Origin: an uncultured virus (IMG/VR IMGVR_UViG_3300017923_000003)
Lineage: Duplodnaviria; Heunggongvirae; Uroviricota; Caudoviricetes
Virus record (IMG/VR): IMGVR_UViG_3300017923_000003
Span: 1-64,000 of that record
DNA: 64,000 nucleotides
Strand: one strand, 5' to 3'
Shown: positions 49,237-59,900 of the stretch, piece after piece
Numbering within the stretch: the stretch's first letter is position 1
Layout of the letters: each line of letters starts with the position of its first letter
Notes under the pieces: generated by a model
The model's database searches: none
What the model was told of the DNA's origin: nothing
Seen by the model: the letters and a program-made list of their open reading frames with translations, nothing else
Program-made: the position numbers and the translations under genes

Positions 49237-50172
49237 CTAATCATTTTTAAACATTCTTTGGAAATTTTTATTATTCAATGTATACCCTATGGTGGAAATA
49301 TTTTTGTGATCGATTCTTTTTGAGATTTCAGAATATGAATAGCCTTTTTCTTTTAATTTGAATATTTTTTCAACTTCTAATAAATTGAAAGAAGTTCTGT
49401 TAATAAAGTCGGGAGAATGGTTGGCATGTTTTTCTATTATATACCTAACCGTATTATAATTGATACCTAATCTTTCTGAGATATGTTTTCTTCCCTCCCC
49501 ACCATAGTATAAGGTCAAAATAGGTTCTATTGTTTCGGGCCCAAATGTCTCAATTAACCCAGTATTGATAGCGTGCATTGAGTTTTCTCTTGTGGTCACC
49601 TGCTCTAAGTTACTGAGGGTATTGTTTGACTTAATGCCGTCTTTATGGTTTATAACTAGATCAGGATCCATGGGTTCAACGTATGTGCTATATAAAATAC
49701 GATGCATCATTCTTGTCTTTAAATTTAATGTCACAAAGACATATCCCTGAGGGGTTTGATGCTCAGATAATATTTTATATGTTTCGGTGTTGAATACACG
49801 ACCATCTATATCCACGATATATTTGGTGTATTTTTTATCATCGTATTTTAAAAATTTGGGTTTTTTGAAACCATGTCTATTTTCAACGTAATCGAAAACA
49901 TTGGATATCTTCACGTTGTTCAGTTTGGTTTTTTTATTAGGGTAATAAGATATTATTGTGTCTTCACTCTTTTCATATTCCAAAAAAGTATACGCAATTA
50001 GCTCATGTATATGAAAAGATTTTGAAGACCCCTCATGATACATTTTGACAAACTCACCTTTACCATTTTTATATATAGTTAAAGGTCTATCGTATTGTCC
50101 ATAAATGAAACCATCCTTATCAATGTGATAATCAAATAAAGTTTCCTCAGTATTAATTTTTACATTTTTCAA
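49237..50172 (-). CDS. HNH homing endonuclease, antisense within the intron
   Basis: MHRIL...INHKDGIKSNNTLSNLEQVT, a degenerate N-terminal duplicate of the module, and C-terminal HTHs. TTG start after AGGGGG. Confidence 0.9.
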   Translation of the reverse strand: MKNVKINTEETLFDYHIDKDGFIYGQYDRPLTIYKNGKGEFVKMYHEGSSKSFHIHELIAYTFLEYEKSEDTIISYYPNKKTKLNNVKISNVFDYVENRHGFKKPKFLKYDDKKYTKYIVDIDGRVFNTETYKILSEHQTPQGYVFVTLNLKTRMMHRILYSTYVEPMDPDLVINHKDGIKSNNTLSNLEQVTTRENSMHAINTGLIETFGPETIEPILTLYYGGEGRKHISERLGINYNTVRYIIEKHANHSPDFINRTSFNLLEVEKIFKLKEKGYSYSEISKRIDHKNISTIGYTLNNKNFQRMFKND

Positions 50173-50217
50173 ATGAATCGCCCCCTGTTTAAGAATGTAC
50201 GGATATGATATAGTCCA

Positions 50218-50231
50218 CTAAGCTATTTGTT
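50218..50231 (-). promoter_or_regulatory. Late-type promoter motif AACAA-N6-TA inside intron P9, driving the antisense HNH
   Basis: Minus strand reads AACAAATAGCTTAG about 45 nt upstream of the HNH start. Confidence 0.5.
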
Positions 50232-50247
50232 ATGAATAGCAACAGTG

Positions 50248-52416
50248 ACAAAAATTATCATGAATACATTATATGGTGTTTTAATAAATATGTATTGTAA
50301 ACTCTTCTCCCCAGATTTGGGAGCTGCAATAACATCTAAGGGTAGAAGTATCATTTCTATTTCTGCATTGACTGTAGAGGCTGCTTTGGGTGGTTATTTC
50401 CCAAAGAAATACGATGCATTGATGTATACTTTGGATGAGATAATAAAAGAGGAAGATGAATACTATGGTGTTTTATTTGCTAATTCAGTAAGAAGAGCAA
50501 AAGAAAATGATATCACATGGGTTAATGAAAAAGAGCGCGATTCAAAATTAAAGGATATGTATATAAAAAAGGTTATAGACCATATCGGTATTGATGAAAA
50601 ATATTACGCATATGATGGTGTGGTAAGAAAGATTAATAAAATATCTTTAGAATCTTTAATAAAAATATATTACAAAAACAACATAGACGCATTTTTAAGT
50701 ATTGATGAAGTAAAAGATTTATTTAAAGAGTCTTTAGATACGATTGATGATAATAGAAAAGATAATGAAGATAGTGTTTTCGTTGATCCTTACGAACCAC
50801 CTGAAGCTGTAAAAGAAAAAATTGATAAATTACAGGATATGACAGAACAGATTCTTTGTGGTTATTACTGGTATGGCGGGGATCTTATAGAAGAAGCAAA
50901 TAAAATAACAACCAACACACAGGGTACAATTAAAAACATTATGAGAAGTTTAATATTATTAATCGATACTGACAGTAATATGGTTGCCATAGATGAGTTA
51001 AATAAAGACATAAATGATTTGTATAATAAAGGATATAAAAATTTATCAGAAGATGAGATATGGTTTACCCTATCTAATTTATCGACTATGGTTGCTGTAA
51101 GTTGTGTTGATTATTCGTTGGAAAGATATAAAGACCACACCAATGTATTGGAAAGATACAAATCTAGAATCAATATGAAAAACGAATATCTGTATAAACG
51201 TTTTGTACTGACATCTAGAAAGAAAAACTATATAGGTTTGAATAAACTTAAAGAAGGTAATGTTTTTGAAGTTGCTGATTTGGATGTCAAAGGTCTTTCT
51301 TTTACCAAATCTAATTTCAATCAAAAACTTTGTAGCAATGTAGAAGATATTGTAGAAAATGATATCATGAGAGAAGAAGATATCAAATTAGATAAGATAT
51401 TAAATAAACTAAGAGATATCGATAATGAAGTATTGGAGATGATGAAAGGTGAAACCGCACAGGAGTTCTTTGATGTGCATAAGCTAAATGGTGTATTCGA
51501 AGATTTCCCTATCTCCGACCACAGAGTTACTGCTATAAAACTCTGGAACGATTTGGGTTTAGATGATGAGATTGAAGCACCAGCAACATTTTACACAGCG
51601 TATTTGGATATGACCGATATAGAGGGTATGAAAAGAGATTATCCTGAAATGTTTAAGAAACTCTCGTATCATATAATAGATAGAATGATAGAATCAAACG
51701 AGGATAAATTAAATGGGTATAGAGTAGATATTTCAGATAGAATAAATTTCAATTACGAAGAACTTGATTTTATAGAGTTAAAAGAAAAAGGTAAATCAGG
51801 TTTAATGTTTCGTGGAGAAGTTTCAGTAAAAAATAACTCAGTCTTTTTAAAGGTATCTGATGATATCGATTTAGACCAAGATCTACTGGATGTTATAATT
51901 CAAAAATTCAACGCCAAATTTAGAAGTCAATATGACCTTTATAAAACAAAGAAAGTAGTAGAGATGATGGATAATAACATTATGGTTATAAATGACGGTG
52001 AATATTTATATTTAAAAATTAATGATGTTTATGACCAGGGTATCGAAAAAATGGCTATGGATGTTTTAGATATTTATACTGATACTTTCCGTTTAGTCTC
52101 CAATGAATTTATGAAAAGAAAAGGTTTAAAGATAAAAGAGAAACTAATAGAAAGAGGTGCAAAAGAATCTGAATTAAAAAGGTTTAGGCTTGATAGTTTA
52201 TCCTCAATCCAAAAAAGATATCGTGATATTAAAAAGATAGCACTCCCATATGATATAACTTATATACCGGATTTCATTTTGGATTTTTTAAATACAACAC
52301 CAGTTATCACACAAACATCAAATCTAATTGCACCTGTGATTGACCCGCTGGGATTGATAACTATTAGAGATAGTAAAAAAAGAAGACATGTTACAAACGT
52401 AATAGATTACTATTAA
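50248..52416 (+). CDS. Family-B DNA polymerase subunit, exon 2
   Basis: KIIMNTLYG, AITSKGR, IDTDS, KKNY, DVKGL motifs. Confidence 0.9.
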   Translation, partial: TKIIMNTLYGVLINMYCKLFSPDLGAAITSKGRSIISISALTVEAALGGYFPKKYDALMYTLDEIIKEEDEYYGVLFANSVRRAKENDITWVNEKERDSKLKDMYIKKVIDHIGIDEKYYAYDGVVRKINKISLESLIKIYYKNNIDAFLSIDEVKDLFKESLDTIDDNRKDNEDSVFVDPYEPPEAVKEKIDKLQDMTEQILCGYYWYGGDLIEEANKITTNTQGTIKNIMRSLILLIDTDSNMVAIDELNKDINDLYNKGYKNLSEDEIWFTLSNLSTMVAVSCVDYSLERYKDHTNVLERYKSRINMKNEYLYKRFVLTSRKKNYIGLNKLKEGNVFEVADLDVKGLSFTKSNFNQKLCSNVEDIVENDIMREEDIKLDKILNKLRDIDNEVLEMMKGETAQEFFDVHKLNGVFEDFPISDHRVTAIKLWNDLGLDDEIEAPATFYTAYLDMTDIEGMKRDYPEMFKKLSYHIIDRMIESNEDKLNGYRVDISDRINFNYEELDFIELKEKGKSGLMFRGEVSVKNNSVFLKVSDDIDLDQDLLDVIIQKFNAKFRSQYDLYKTKKVVEMMDNNIMVINDGEYLYLKINDVYDQGIEKMAMDVLDIYTDTFRLVSNEFMKRKGLKIKEKLIERGAKESELKRFRLDSLSSIQKRYRDIKKIALPYDITYIPDFILDFLNTTPVITQTSNLIAPVIDPLGLITIRDSKKRRHVTNVIDYY

Positions 52417-52420
52417 AGGA

Positions 52421-53158
52421 GTGGTAAAAATGGAATCCAAAATAATAGCAATTGATGGTGTGGATGGTTCAGGAAAAGAAACACAAACTAGACGTTTATA
52501 TGATTATTTAAATGGAAGATATGATAAAGTCAAAAGAATATCTTTTCCTTTCTATGATGATGAGTCATCTCATTTAGTGAAGATGTATTTAAATGGGGAG
52601 ATATCTGAAAAAGCAGAAGATGTCAATGGGTATTCTGCATCTTTATTTTATGCCACCGATAGATTCATATCTTTTAAAAGGATATGGGAGAAGTATATAG
52701 ACGAAGGATATATCATAATAATGGATAGATATGTATCATCTAATATGATACACCAAAGCTCTAAATTTGATACGGTAAAAGAAAAAGAATATTTCCTAGA
52801 TTGGGTATATGATTTAGAATATAATAAATTGGGTTTACCAAAACCCGACATCACCCTCTTTCTCCATATGGATTTTGATATCCGAGAAGCCTTGATAACC
52901 GATAGAGCAAATAAGATTGACGGTTCTAAAGAAAAAGATATTCATGAGATAGATAAAGGATATATGAGAAAGACACATGAGAATTCTACATTTGTGGCTA
53001 AAAGACAGAATTGGAATATAATAGAGTGTGTTGAGAATGGTGAATTAAAGGGTATAGAAACTATACTTGGTGAGATATGTGATACAATAAAAAGGGAAAA
53101 TATTTTAAAACCACCTGCTTGGATAACACGTGGAAGAAACATAGAGGAAGGTGTATGA
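52421..53158 (+). CDS. tmk: Thymidylate (dTMP) kinase
   Basis: IDGVDGSGKETQ, SFP.Y, LFYATDR, IMDRYVSSN, PDITLFL. Confidence 0.9.
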   Translation: MVKMESKIIAIDGVDGSGKETQTRRLYDYLNGRYDKVKRISFPFYDDESSHLVKMYLNGEISEKAEDVNGYSASLFYATDRFISFKRIWEKYIDEGYIIIMDRYVSSNMIHQSSKFDTVKEKEYFLDWVYDLEYNKLGLPKPDITLFLHMDFDIREALITDRANKIDGSKEKDIHEIDKGYMRKTHENSTFVAKRQNWNIIECVENGELKGIETILGEICDTIKRENILKPPAWITRGRNIEEGV

Positions 53159-53559
53159 TGGAAAAGTGGAAATGCAAATCAAACCCCAAAAAGAAAGTTT
53201 TTGTTTTAGATAAAACAATAGGTAGGGTGGGAACCGTTTATGAAGGTAAAAGAATCTTCATCATAAGAGATACCTATGATTTAAAGGGGACTTTAAGATT
53301 ACTGTTCTTTATTCTACTAGGACTATTTACTATAACCATGAGCATTAAAACAAGAACAGGGAATGTTAGGTTGGTATGGATATTCACCACTGTGGCTATT
53401 TTATATACCGTACACTTAGAACACAAATACATTACCCGAAGGGTGGTGCTGGAAGATATGTTTAAAAAAGATTATATAAAAGAATGTGTACAACATAATA
53501 TACTATTTGAATTTTTTGTTCAGTTCAAAAAAAATGTAGAAAGATTTTTCAAAGAATAA
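53119..53559 (+). CDS. Hypothetical two-TM membrane protein
   Basis: Two hydrophobic segments; start probably at MMEKW. Confidence 0.5.
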   Translation: MDNTWKKHRGRCMMEKWKCKSNPKKKVFVLDKTIGRVGTVYEGKRIFIIRDTYDLKGTLRLLFFILLGLFTITMSIKTRTGNVRLVWIFTTVAILYTVHLEHKYITRRVVLEDMFKKDYIKECVQHNILFEFFVQFKKNVERFFKE

Positions 53560-53562
53560 AAT

Positions 53563-53591
53563 AAAAGGCAGGGTTAACCCCTGCCTTTTTT
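53563..53591. terminator. Bidirectional terminator
   Basis: AAAAGGCAGGG-loop-CCCTGCCTTTTT. Confidence 0.8.
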
Positions 53592-53594
53592 AAT

Positions 53595-55757
53595 TTAGAA
53601 TCTACTTCCACCTGAATCTTCTTCGTTATCGTCTGGTGTTTCTGATTTATATTTGTTTAAGATTTTATCTATCTGGAACCAGTCAATTGAAGAACCTGTT
53701 TCTTTTCTAAATAATTTTTCTCTTAAATAATCTCTCTTTTCTTCGTTTCTATCTTCCACAACATGTTCGACTATACTGTTTATCTTATCTGTTATTCTAT
53801 TTAAAGCATCACCCTGTAACCCCTGTGTTAAAGTTTTAGGTAAAGGTAAATTGGATTTAATAACTATACTGTCATCGTCTTTTTCATACCTTGCAACCTT
53901 TGTGACAAATTCAGATATCTGTTTTTCTAATTCTATCTGATATGTTATTGATGATGATACTTGATGTATATCTTGACTTATCAAGTTTGTAGCATAATCA
54001 GTATTAGCCTGTGTATCTGTCATAGAAAAAGGAACACCAACTAAAGCTGTTGCGATATGTTCTAAGTCTTTTTTGAAATCATAGTTTTCCTCTATAGCTT
54101 GACCCTGCATTCTTTCTATATCAAGAGCCTTGGTTCCATTTCTTGCTTGAGGCATTATGACCCTTGCTATGTCAGCCATCCTACCGTGTGTCTTAGATAA
54201 GTCCAGTATTTCATTTGGCATAGGATATATTTTTTTAACAGCTTCCAATGCTCTTTTTGCAACTGAACCTAAATCTTTACTTACTGAAGCTCTTGCATTT
54301 ACAAGCATTTTGTCTTTTTCAAAAAACAATTTGTTCATCAAGTTAGAATAATTTAAAAGAATCCACATGTGTGCCATTATTCTTGAACGGTGTAACTGTG
54401 AACGTCCAAGACCCATATTATCTTTATTTACCATAAAGGGTGTGATATATTTTCTTGGGATATATCTAACTTTATAATCAGAAGTTTCAGATGCTTTTAA
54501 AATATGTTCAATAGTATCTAGAATCTTTTTATTTTTCTTTATTAATTTTTTATCGAGATTCTTTTTTATGACACCTCTTAATTTTTTGGTAACCATATTC
54601 TTTGTCATGTTATTTCTTTCATTATAAACGTCATTGGTATCATTTATATAATTAGACCCAGTCATATTGGATATGTTATAACTTGTTCTCCCCCCTGCTG
54701 CATTTAATACCTCAGGTTTCTCAATATAATAAATACCAATAACCTCTCTATTAACAACCACAGGTATACATCTTTCGTTTTCTAAAACCTCAACATGACA
54801 ACCTGTCATTTTACTAAATTTCGATCTAGCTTCACCAATCAATATTCCATCCTTTTCAGATAAGAAGTCATTACCTTCTTCAAATTTTTTATTAAGCTCA
54901 TAAGCTATAGAATCTTTAGCTTCATCGATTAAAGGGTTTTCTGTCAGCATCATCTCTGATTTATTTTCTTCACTGGTGTCAAAGGAAACACTCTCACCAT
55001 AATAATCGACAAATTCCTCATCGTCATCTGAAAAGACTATCTCTTCTATTGATTCTCTAAAAAGAGAGCTATCCAATTCTTTATCTTCAAGGTCTGCTTC
55101 AGCTATCATACCACCAACAGATTCCTTTTCTAAATATCTGGAATAAATCCTTTCTGCAATTCTTCTGTATGGTACAGTATATACATATTTATTACCACTA
55201 ATAAATGTCTTGGTATAAATATCTTTAACCATTGGTTCTAATTCCTTGGTATCTGTTATATCTTTTAGTTCCTGTTGAGAGATAACACTATCCCCACGCA
55301 CAATATCATTTTGAATAAATCTCTTAGAAGTGCCATCAGGAGATAAAATATTATTTACTTTTATTTCTATGGAATTTAAAAGCTGTGGCATTTGTGCACA
55401 CATGTAATTGTATTCCTGTTCTAAAAGTATCCTTTCCTGGTATGTTGGAGATGAGGTTATGTAATCACCAATATCATTTAACGCATCCTCCATAGCGTCC
55501 TCTAATGGTACCCTAGTATCACTATCTTTACCAACGATATCTAGAAGGTGTTTTCTTGAAGAACGGTATGAAGAGGAACCTAAGCCTTCTAGGAAGTTAT
55601 TAGGTAGGTCATCACTTATATCCACAAGGTTTCTAACTTTAGTACCAACACCATATACTTTTCTATTGAGCTTATCCTCTAATTTATTATAATCTTCATC
55701 AATGTTTTCTATTTTTTTCTGAAATTTCGTTTTCAACTCATTATCTTTATCAGCCAT
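53595..55757 (-). CDS. Portal protein
   Basis: 720 aa; YNYMCAQMPQLLNSIEIKVNNILSPD, GNKYVYTVPY and VGVPFS resemble jumbo-phage/T4 gp20-type portals. Confidence 0.65.
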   Translation of the reverse strand: MADKDNELKTKFQKKIENIDEDYNKLEDKLNRKVYGVGTKVRNLVDISDDLPNNFLEGLGSSSYRSSRKHLLDIVGKDSDTRVPLEDAMEDALNDIGDYITSSPTYQERILLEQEYNYMCAQMPQLLNSIEIKVNNILSPDGTSKRFIQNDIVRGDSVISQQELKDITDTKELEPMVKDIYTKTFISGNKYVYTVPYRRIAERIYSRYLEKESVGGMIAEADLEDKELDSSLFRESIEEIVFSDDDEEFVDYYGESVSFDTSEENKSEMMLTENPLIDEAKDSIAYELNKKFEEGNDFLSEKDGILIGEARSKFSKMTGCHVEVLENERCIPVVVNREVIGIYYIEKPEVLNAAGGRTSYNISNMTGSNYINDTNDVYNERNNMTKNMVTKKLRGVIKKNLDKKLIKKNKKILDTIEHILKASETSDYKVRYIPRKYITPFMVNKDNMGLGRSQLHRSRIMAHMWILLNYSNLMNKLFFEKDKMLVNARASVSKDLGSVAKRALEAVKKIYPMPNEILDLSKTHGRMADIARVIMPQARNGTKALDIERMQGQAIEENYDFKKDLEHIATALVGVPFSMTDTQANTDYATNLISQDIHQVSSSITYQIELEKQISEFVTKVARYEKDDDSIVIKSNLPLPKTLTQGLQGDALNRITDKINSIVEHVVEDRNEEKRDYLREKLFRKETGSSIDWFQIDKILNKYKSETPDDNEEDSGGSRF

Positions 55758-55859
55758 TTATAAACCTCCTTTAATAAACGGTTAAATTTCTATTTAAATT
55801 GTTTCGGTAGGTTTATCTTTAGAATAAATAAAGGCAGGGTTTTAGCCCTGCCATAATTT

Positions 55860-56783
55860 TTAGTATTTTTTAGACTTATATTCTTCATGTGAAAAGTTGT
55901 TTATTACAAACTTTGTGAGTTCACCTTTTCTTGATGTTACAGGATTATTGATATGAGATGCAAACCTCTGTCCCTCTGTTTTCTTTATAGTATAAACTAA
56001 CGGTATATTGTTTTTAGAGAATGTTTTGTCGTCAATTTGTTTTATGTCACCACTTAAAATAACCTTGGCATTATCAGATCTTGTAAGTAAAGACTCAACT
56101 TCCCTATATCTCATATCCTCACTTTCATCAATGATAACTATGGCGTTAGCGTAACTTCTTCCTTTTATCTTTTCTAGGGGTTGAAATTCTATCCCCATTA
56201 CATCGTCTCCACGCCCAACCATTCTTCTAAAACTTTGGGTAGCACCCATAGCTTTAGCGTTATCATAAAAAGGCATCATATAAGCTTTTATTTTATCATC
56301 ATCATCACCTGGTACTGCACCGTCTTTTCTTTCTAGTGTTTGTTTTGGTCTGGATAAAACTATCCTATTATATTTATTCTCACAGTCAGGATTGTCTATC
56401 ATATTTAAGGCATATGCTAATGCCAAAAATGTTTTACCACTACCAGCAACACCAGTTAAAATAATGAGTTCTTTTTCTGGTCTAAGTAAAGAATCTATAG
56501 CCATCCATTGGTAAGGGTTTTTCCCTTTTTGACCATAAACACATCTATTTCTATCTACAGCTTTTAATATTGTTCCATCATAATAAGCCATTAGACCATT
56601 GGGGTAAAAATAATTAGTTCTTGAGAATTCAGAATACATGTCATCCTTTGATAAATATTCGGTTGGTTCTTTATGTTTGTATAAATGATAATAACCTATA
56701 TCTGTAATTGGAAGATCACATGCTATCTCTTTTTTTTCTTCTAAATCTTCTATTATATTTTCATCTACTTTATAATGTCTCAC
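55860..56783 (-). CDS. phoH: PhoH family ATPase
   Basis: NPYQ, GVAGSGKT, LSRP, VPGD, KIKGRSY, IIDESED, SGDIKQID. Confidence 0.9.
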   Translation of the reverse strand: MRHYKVDENIIEDLEEKKEIACDLPITDIGYYHLYKHKEPTEYLSKDDMYSEFSRTNYFYPNGLMAYYDGTILKAVDRNRCVYGQKGKNPYQWMAIDSLLRPEKELIILTGVAGSGKTFLALAYALNMIDNPDCENKYNRIVLSRPKQTLERKDGAVPGDDDDKIKAYMMPFYDNAKAMGATQSFRRMVGRGDDVMGIEFQPLEKIKGRSYANAIVIIDESEDMRYREVESLLTRSDNAKVILSGDIKQIDDKTFSKNNIPLVYTIKKTEGQRFASHINNPVTSRKGELTKFVINNFSHEEYKSKKY

Positions 56784-56914
56784 ATTTTTTCCCCCTCAAA
56801 TACTATATAAATATAAAAACACTACAGTATTGTTTTTGACATATCACCATAAAAAGGTAAGAGGAACAAAGTAAATAGTTTAAACAAATAAGTTTATAAA
56901 GGGGTGAAGACACT

Positions 56915-59900
56915 TTGGCTTATATAAAAAACCTTAAAAAAAGCTTCGAGTATTTGGTTAAGGATTTATCAGAAAGTTATGCACCGAATACAATGGAAGC
57001 TGGTAGAAATTTAAATAAGACTTTACAAGATAGTAAAAAATTATACCATAAATCAGGTTCGATAAGAAATGTAAAAAAGCAAATATTAAATACCTCAATG
57101 TTTAGAGATATCAATAATGCCTCTAGGAAATATTTTAAAGAATTAAAAAGAGGTAATGTATATAAAGGAAAAGACCAAGCATTTGAAGAACAAATGGGTT
57201 TATCAAATGTTAATGATATGATATATGATGACGGTGAGGGTGACGATATCCCACAGGGTGGTAGTGTTTCTGTAGATGATGAACAAGCATCCGGCAGAAC
57301 AAACATAAACACATCATCAGACACCAATGAAGATTCAGGATTATTAGGTAAACTCAGACAAAATAATTCTGTTAAAGACGGGATGGATATGAAAACACCC
57401 GATGCCGTCATAGATAGTAATGAAGCTTTAGCTTTATCTTTAAGTGATGTCATGCAGGCTTTACATATAGATAGTAAAATCGCATCCAACATACACTTCG
57501 ATAAATTAGATAATAAAATGGATACGATGAATGATAACCTTGAAACCCTGGTTAAATTTAATGACGAGATCCAAAAAGATTTCATAGATAAGACAACCAA
57601 ATTCTATCAAGACCATATGAGTTTAATGACCGAGATAAGATCCATATTAGAAGAGAATGTTGTTATAGAAGAAAACCCAATGGGTCAAATGATGGGTGGT
57701 CAAAATAAAAACCGTGGAATGATGGACTTCATAAGAGAAGGAAACTATAAAGGTGCAGCTCAAGATGCTGGTTATAAATTATTAAATGCAATGGACCCAA
57801 CAGGTTCTTTTGCTATGATGGCATCTATGGCTCCCACTTTCATGCAAGAATATATGTCAAACCCATCTATGATTTTAAAGGATGTTACTGAAGCAGGATT
57901 GAATCGTTTCTTAGGATTTGATGTTGTAGAGAAATTAGATGGGCTTTTTGATCAAGCAAAAGCTGGTAAGAACTCTTTATTCAATAAGATGTCCTTATCC
58001 GATAATAAACTTGTCAAGATGTTGGGTGATACCTTAAGAGATAAAGGTGATATAAACAGGGGCATCCAAACTGGCAATTATAATAAAGGTAGAACTTTCT
58101 TCGATGGTGTAACTAAAAAAGCAATAACTGAAGTTATACCAACATACCTAAGAAAGATACTTTCAACACTTTCTGGTAATGAAGAGATGGTATTCAATTA
58201 TGATACCGGTCAATATAAAGATGTGTCTGAAGTAGCAAAAGAATTTTACGATATGCGTCCAGATTTTAAAGGACAGTATGGTAGAATAACCAGTCTAGTA
58301 GAAAGTAACCTAGATAAAGACCGTGTTGGTGAAGTGGACTCAGATGCTTTAGAAGCCACAATGACAAAAATAACTGATAATCTTTTAGACCGTTCATACA
58401 CTTTAGACGATATGTCGGTTATGAAATACAATAAGTTCATAAATATGATGGGTATGTCCCCAGATGAAATATCTAAATCTGAATATCAGTTAATTAGAAA
58501 TGCAATAATGAAAGCCAAATCTGGAAAAGACCAAACTTCAGCCAGTGAGTTCAGAGATATCCAAAATGCAATGGGTGACTATAATGTTCAGATGTCAGAT
58601 TATTATGCTGAGCAATCCCAAAGAGCTAATATGACTGGTGTTAACACTTTAGTCGACGGTTCATTTAGATCTCAAAGTTACGGTGTAAACGGTATGGGTT
58701 CAAATGGAGAACCTCTAGCTGAAGATGATAAAAGAAAATATAAAAGTTTAAGTCAATATGACCCAACCAGAAATAGAAAAGATTTATCTGAGATGGGTAA
58801 TAATTTTGACATCAATATGACAGAGGAAGATAAAAAAGTTTTAGAAGAGTCATATGATAAATTCAATACCCTTGATTATATTAATGCTTCTATGATGGGG
58901 GTTACAAATTTACCGTTCCTAGATAAAATCGGGGTAAACGACATTAAAGAAATAAAGGAATGGAAAGATAATAACCCATATGATTTAGATAATATTATAA
59001 AATCTGGTGGACAAAGTATAGATGATATACATTCATCCTATATGGATAACAAATTGGGACAGATTTTAACTGGTGTTAAAGATGCAACTGATGATTTTGA
59101 ATCACCCAATATCAATATAGAAGATGAAAAAGATATAGAAGATGAGGTCACAAAACAACTATCCAAAGGTGTATCCAAATTATTTTCTAAAGCAGCTGGT
59201 TCTCCCAGTTCAAATCCAGCTGTTGAAGCTCTTAAATCGGGTGGAGGATCCTCTGGTGATGACGGTTGGGATTTATTTAAAGATTATAACCCCAATGTAA
59301 TGAAAGGGTTAGATTTTGGTGCTGGTGCTATGGGTGGTATCGGTATTGGTGCAATAGCTTCTACCGTTTTAACCGGTTCTCCTTTTATGGGTACTATGTT
59401 GACTTCCCTAATAGGTATTGGTTCAGGTATGATGGCAAACAACTCTAAATTAAAAGAGAGATTATTTGGTGCCAAAAATAAAGATAAATCAATGATAACC
59501 AATATATCTGAGAAGTTTTTTGGGAAAGAGAGAACAGATAAAATCCATAAATCAATTATGGATGCATATAAAGGTTTTAAAGACACTTTCCTAACACCAA
59601 TTGGGGAGTGGCTTAAAAAACCAATAAATTGGGTTAAGGGTAAACTCGGTATCGGGGATGATATGACAGAACCTAAAAGTGAAAATATCTCCCAAACCGA
59701 CAGTGTAAATTTAGATGAAATAGATAACGAAGTAAAAAGAGATGATGAAGGTGAAGAATACGGAGAAGGGGTAAATAGAGTTAAGGGTTTATATAGTGGT
59801 AAATCCAATAGAGCTTTATTTGGAAAAGGTATTCATTTCTTCTCACAAAAGGACGGCGATTATTCTTCTATTCCTTTAAGTGGTGGTTCAACAGTTGGTG

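Larger units (their letters stand above)
48894..50247 (+). mobile_element. Group I intron in DNA polymerase motif B, with antisense HNH in P8
   Basis: P1 is AGGAU/GUCCU with a U-G pair. P element AATGCTGGGA, Q element AATCAGCAG, P7 GACTA (49155-49159) with TAGTC (50211-50215), terminal G at 50247. Splicing restores QKD|TKIIMNTLYG (QxxxKxxxNxxYG). Confidence 0.92.

Noticed and set aside
49237..50172. Intein or free-standing HNH insertion
   Set aside because: The ORF is on the opposite strand, enclosed by P7/P8 elements of a group I ribozyme, and has no intein splice motifs.
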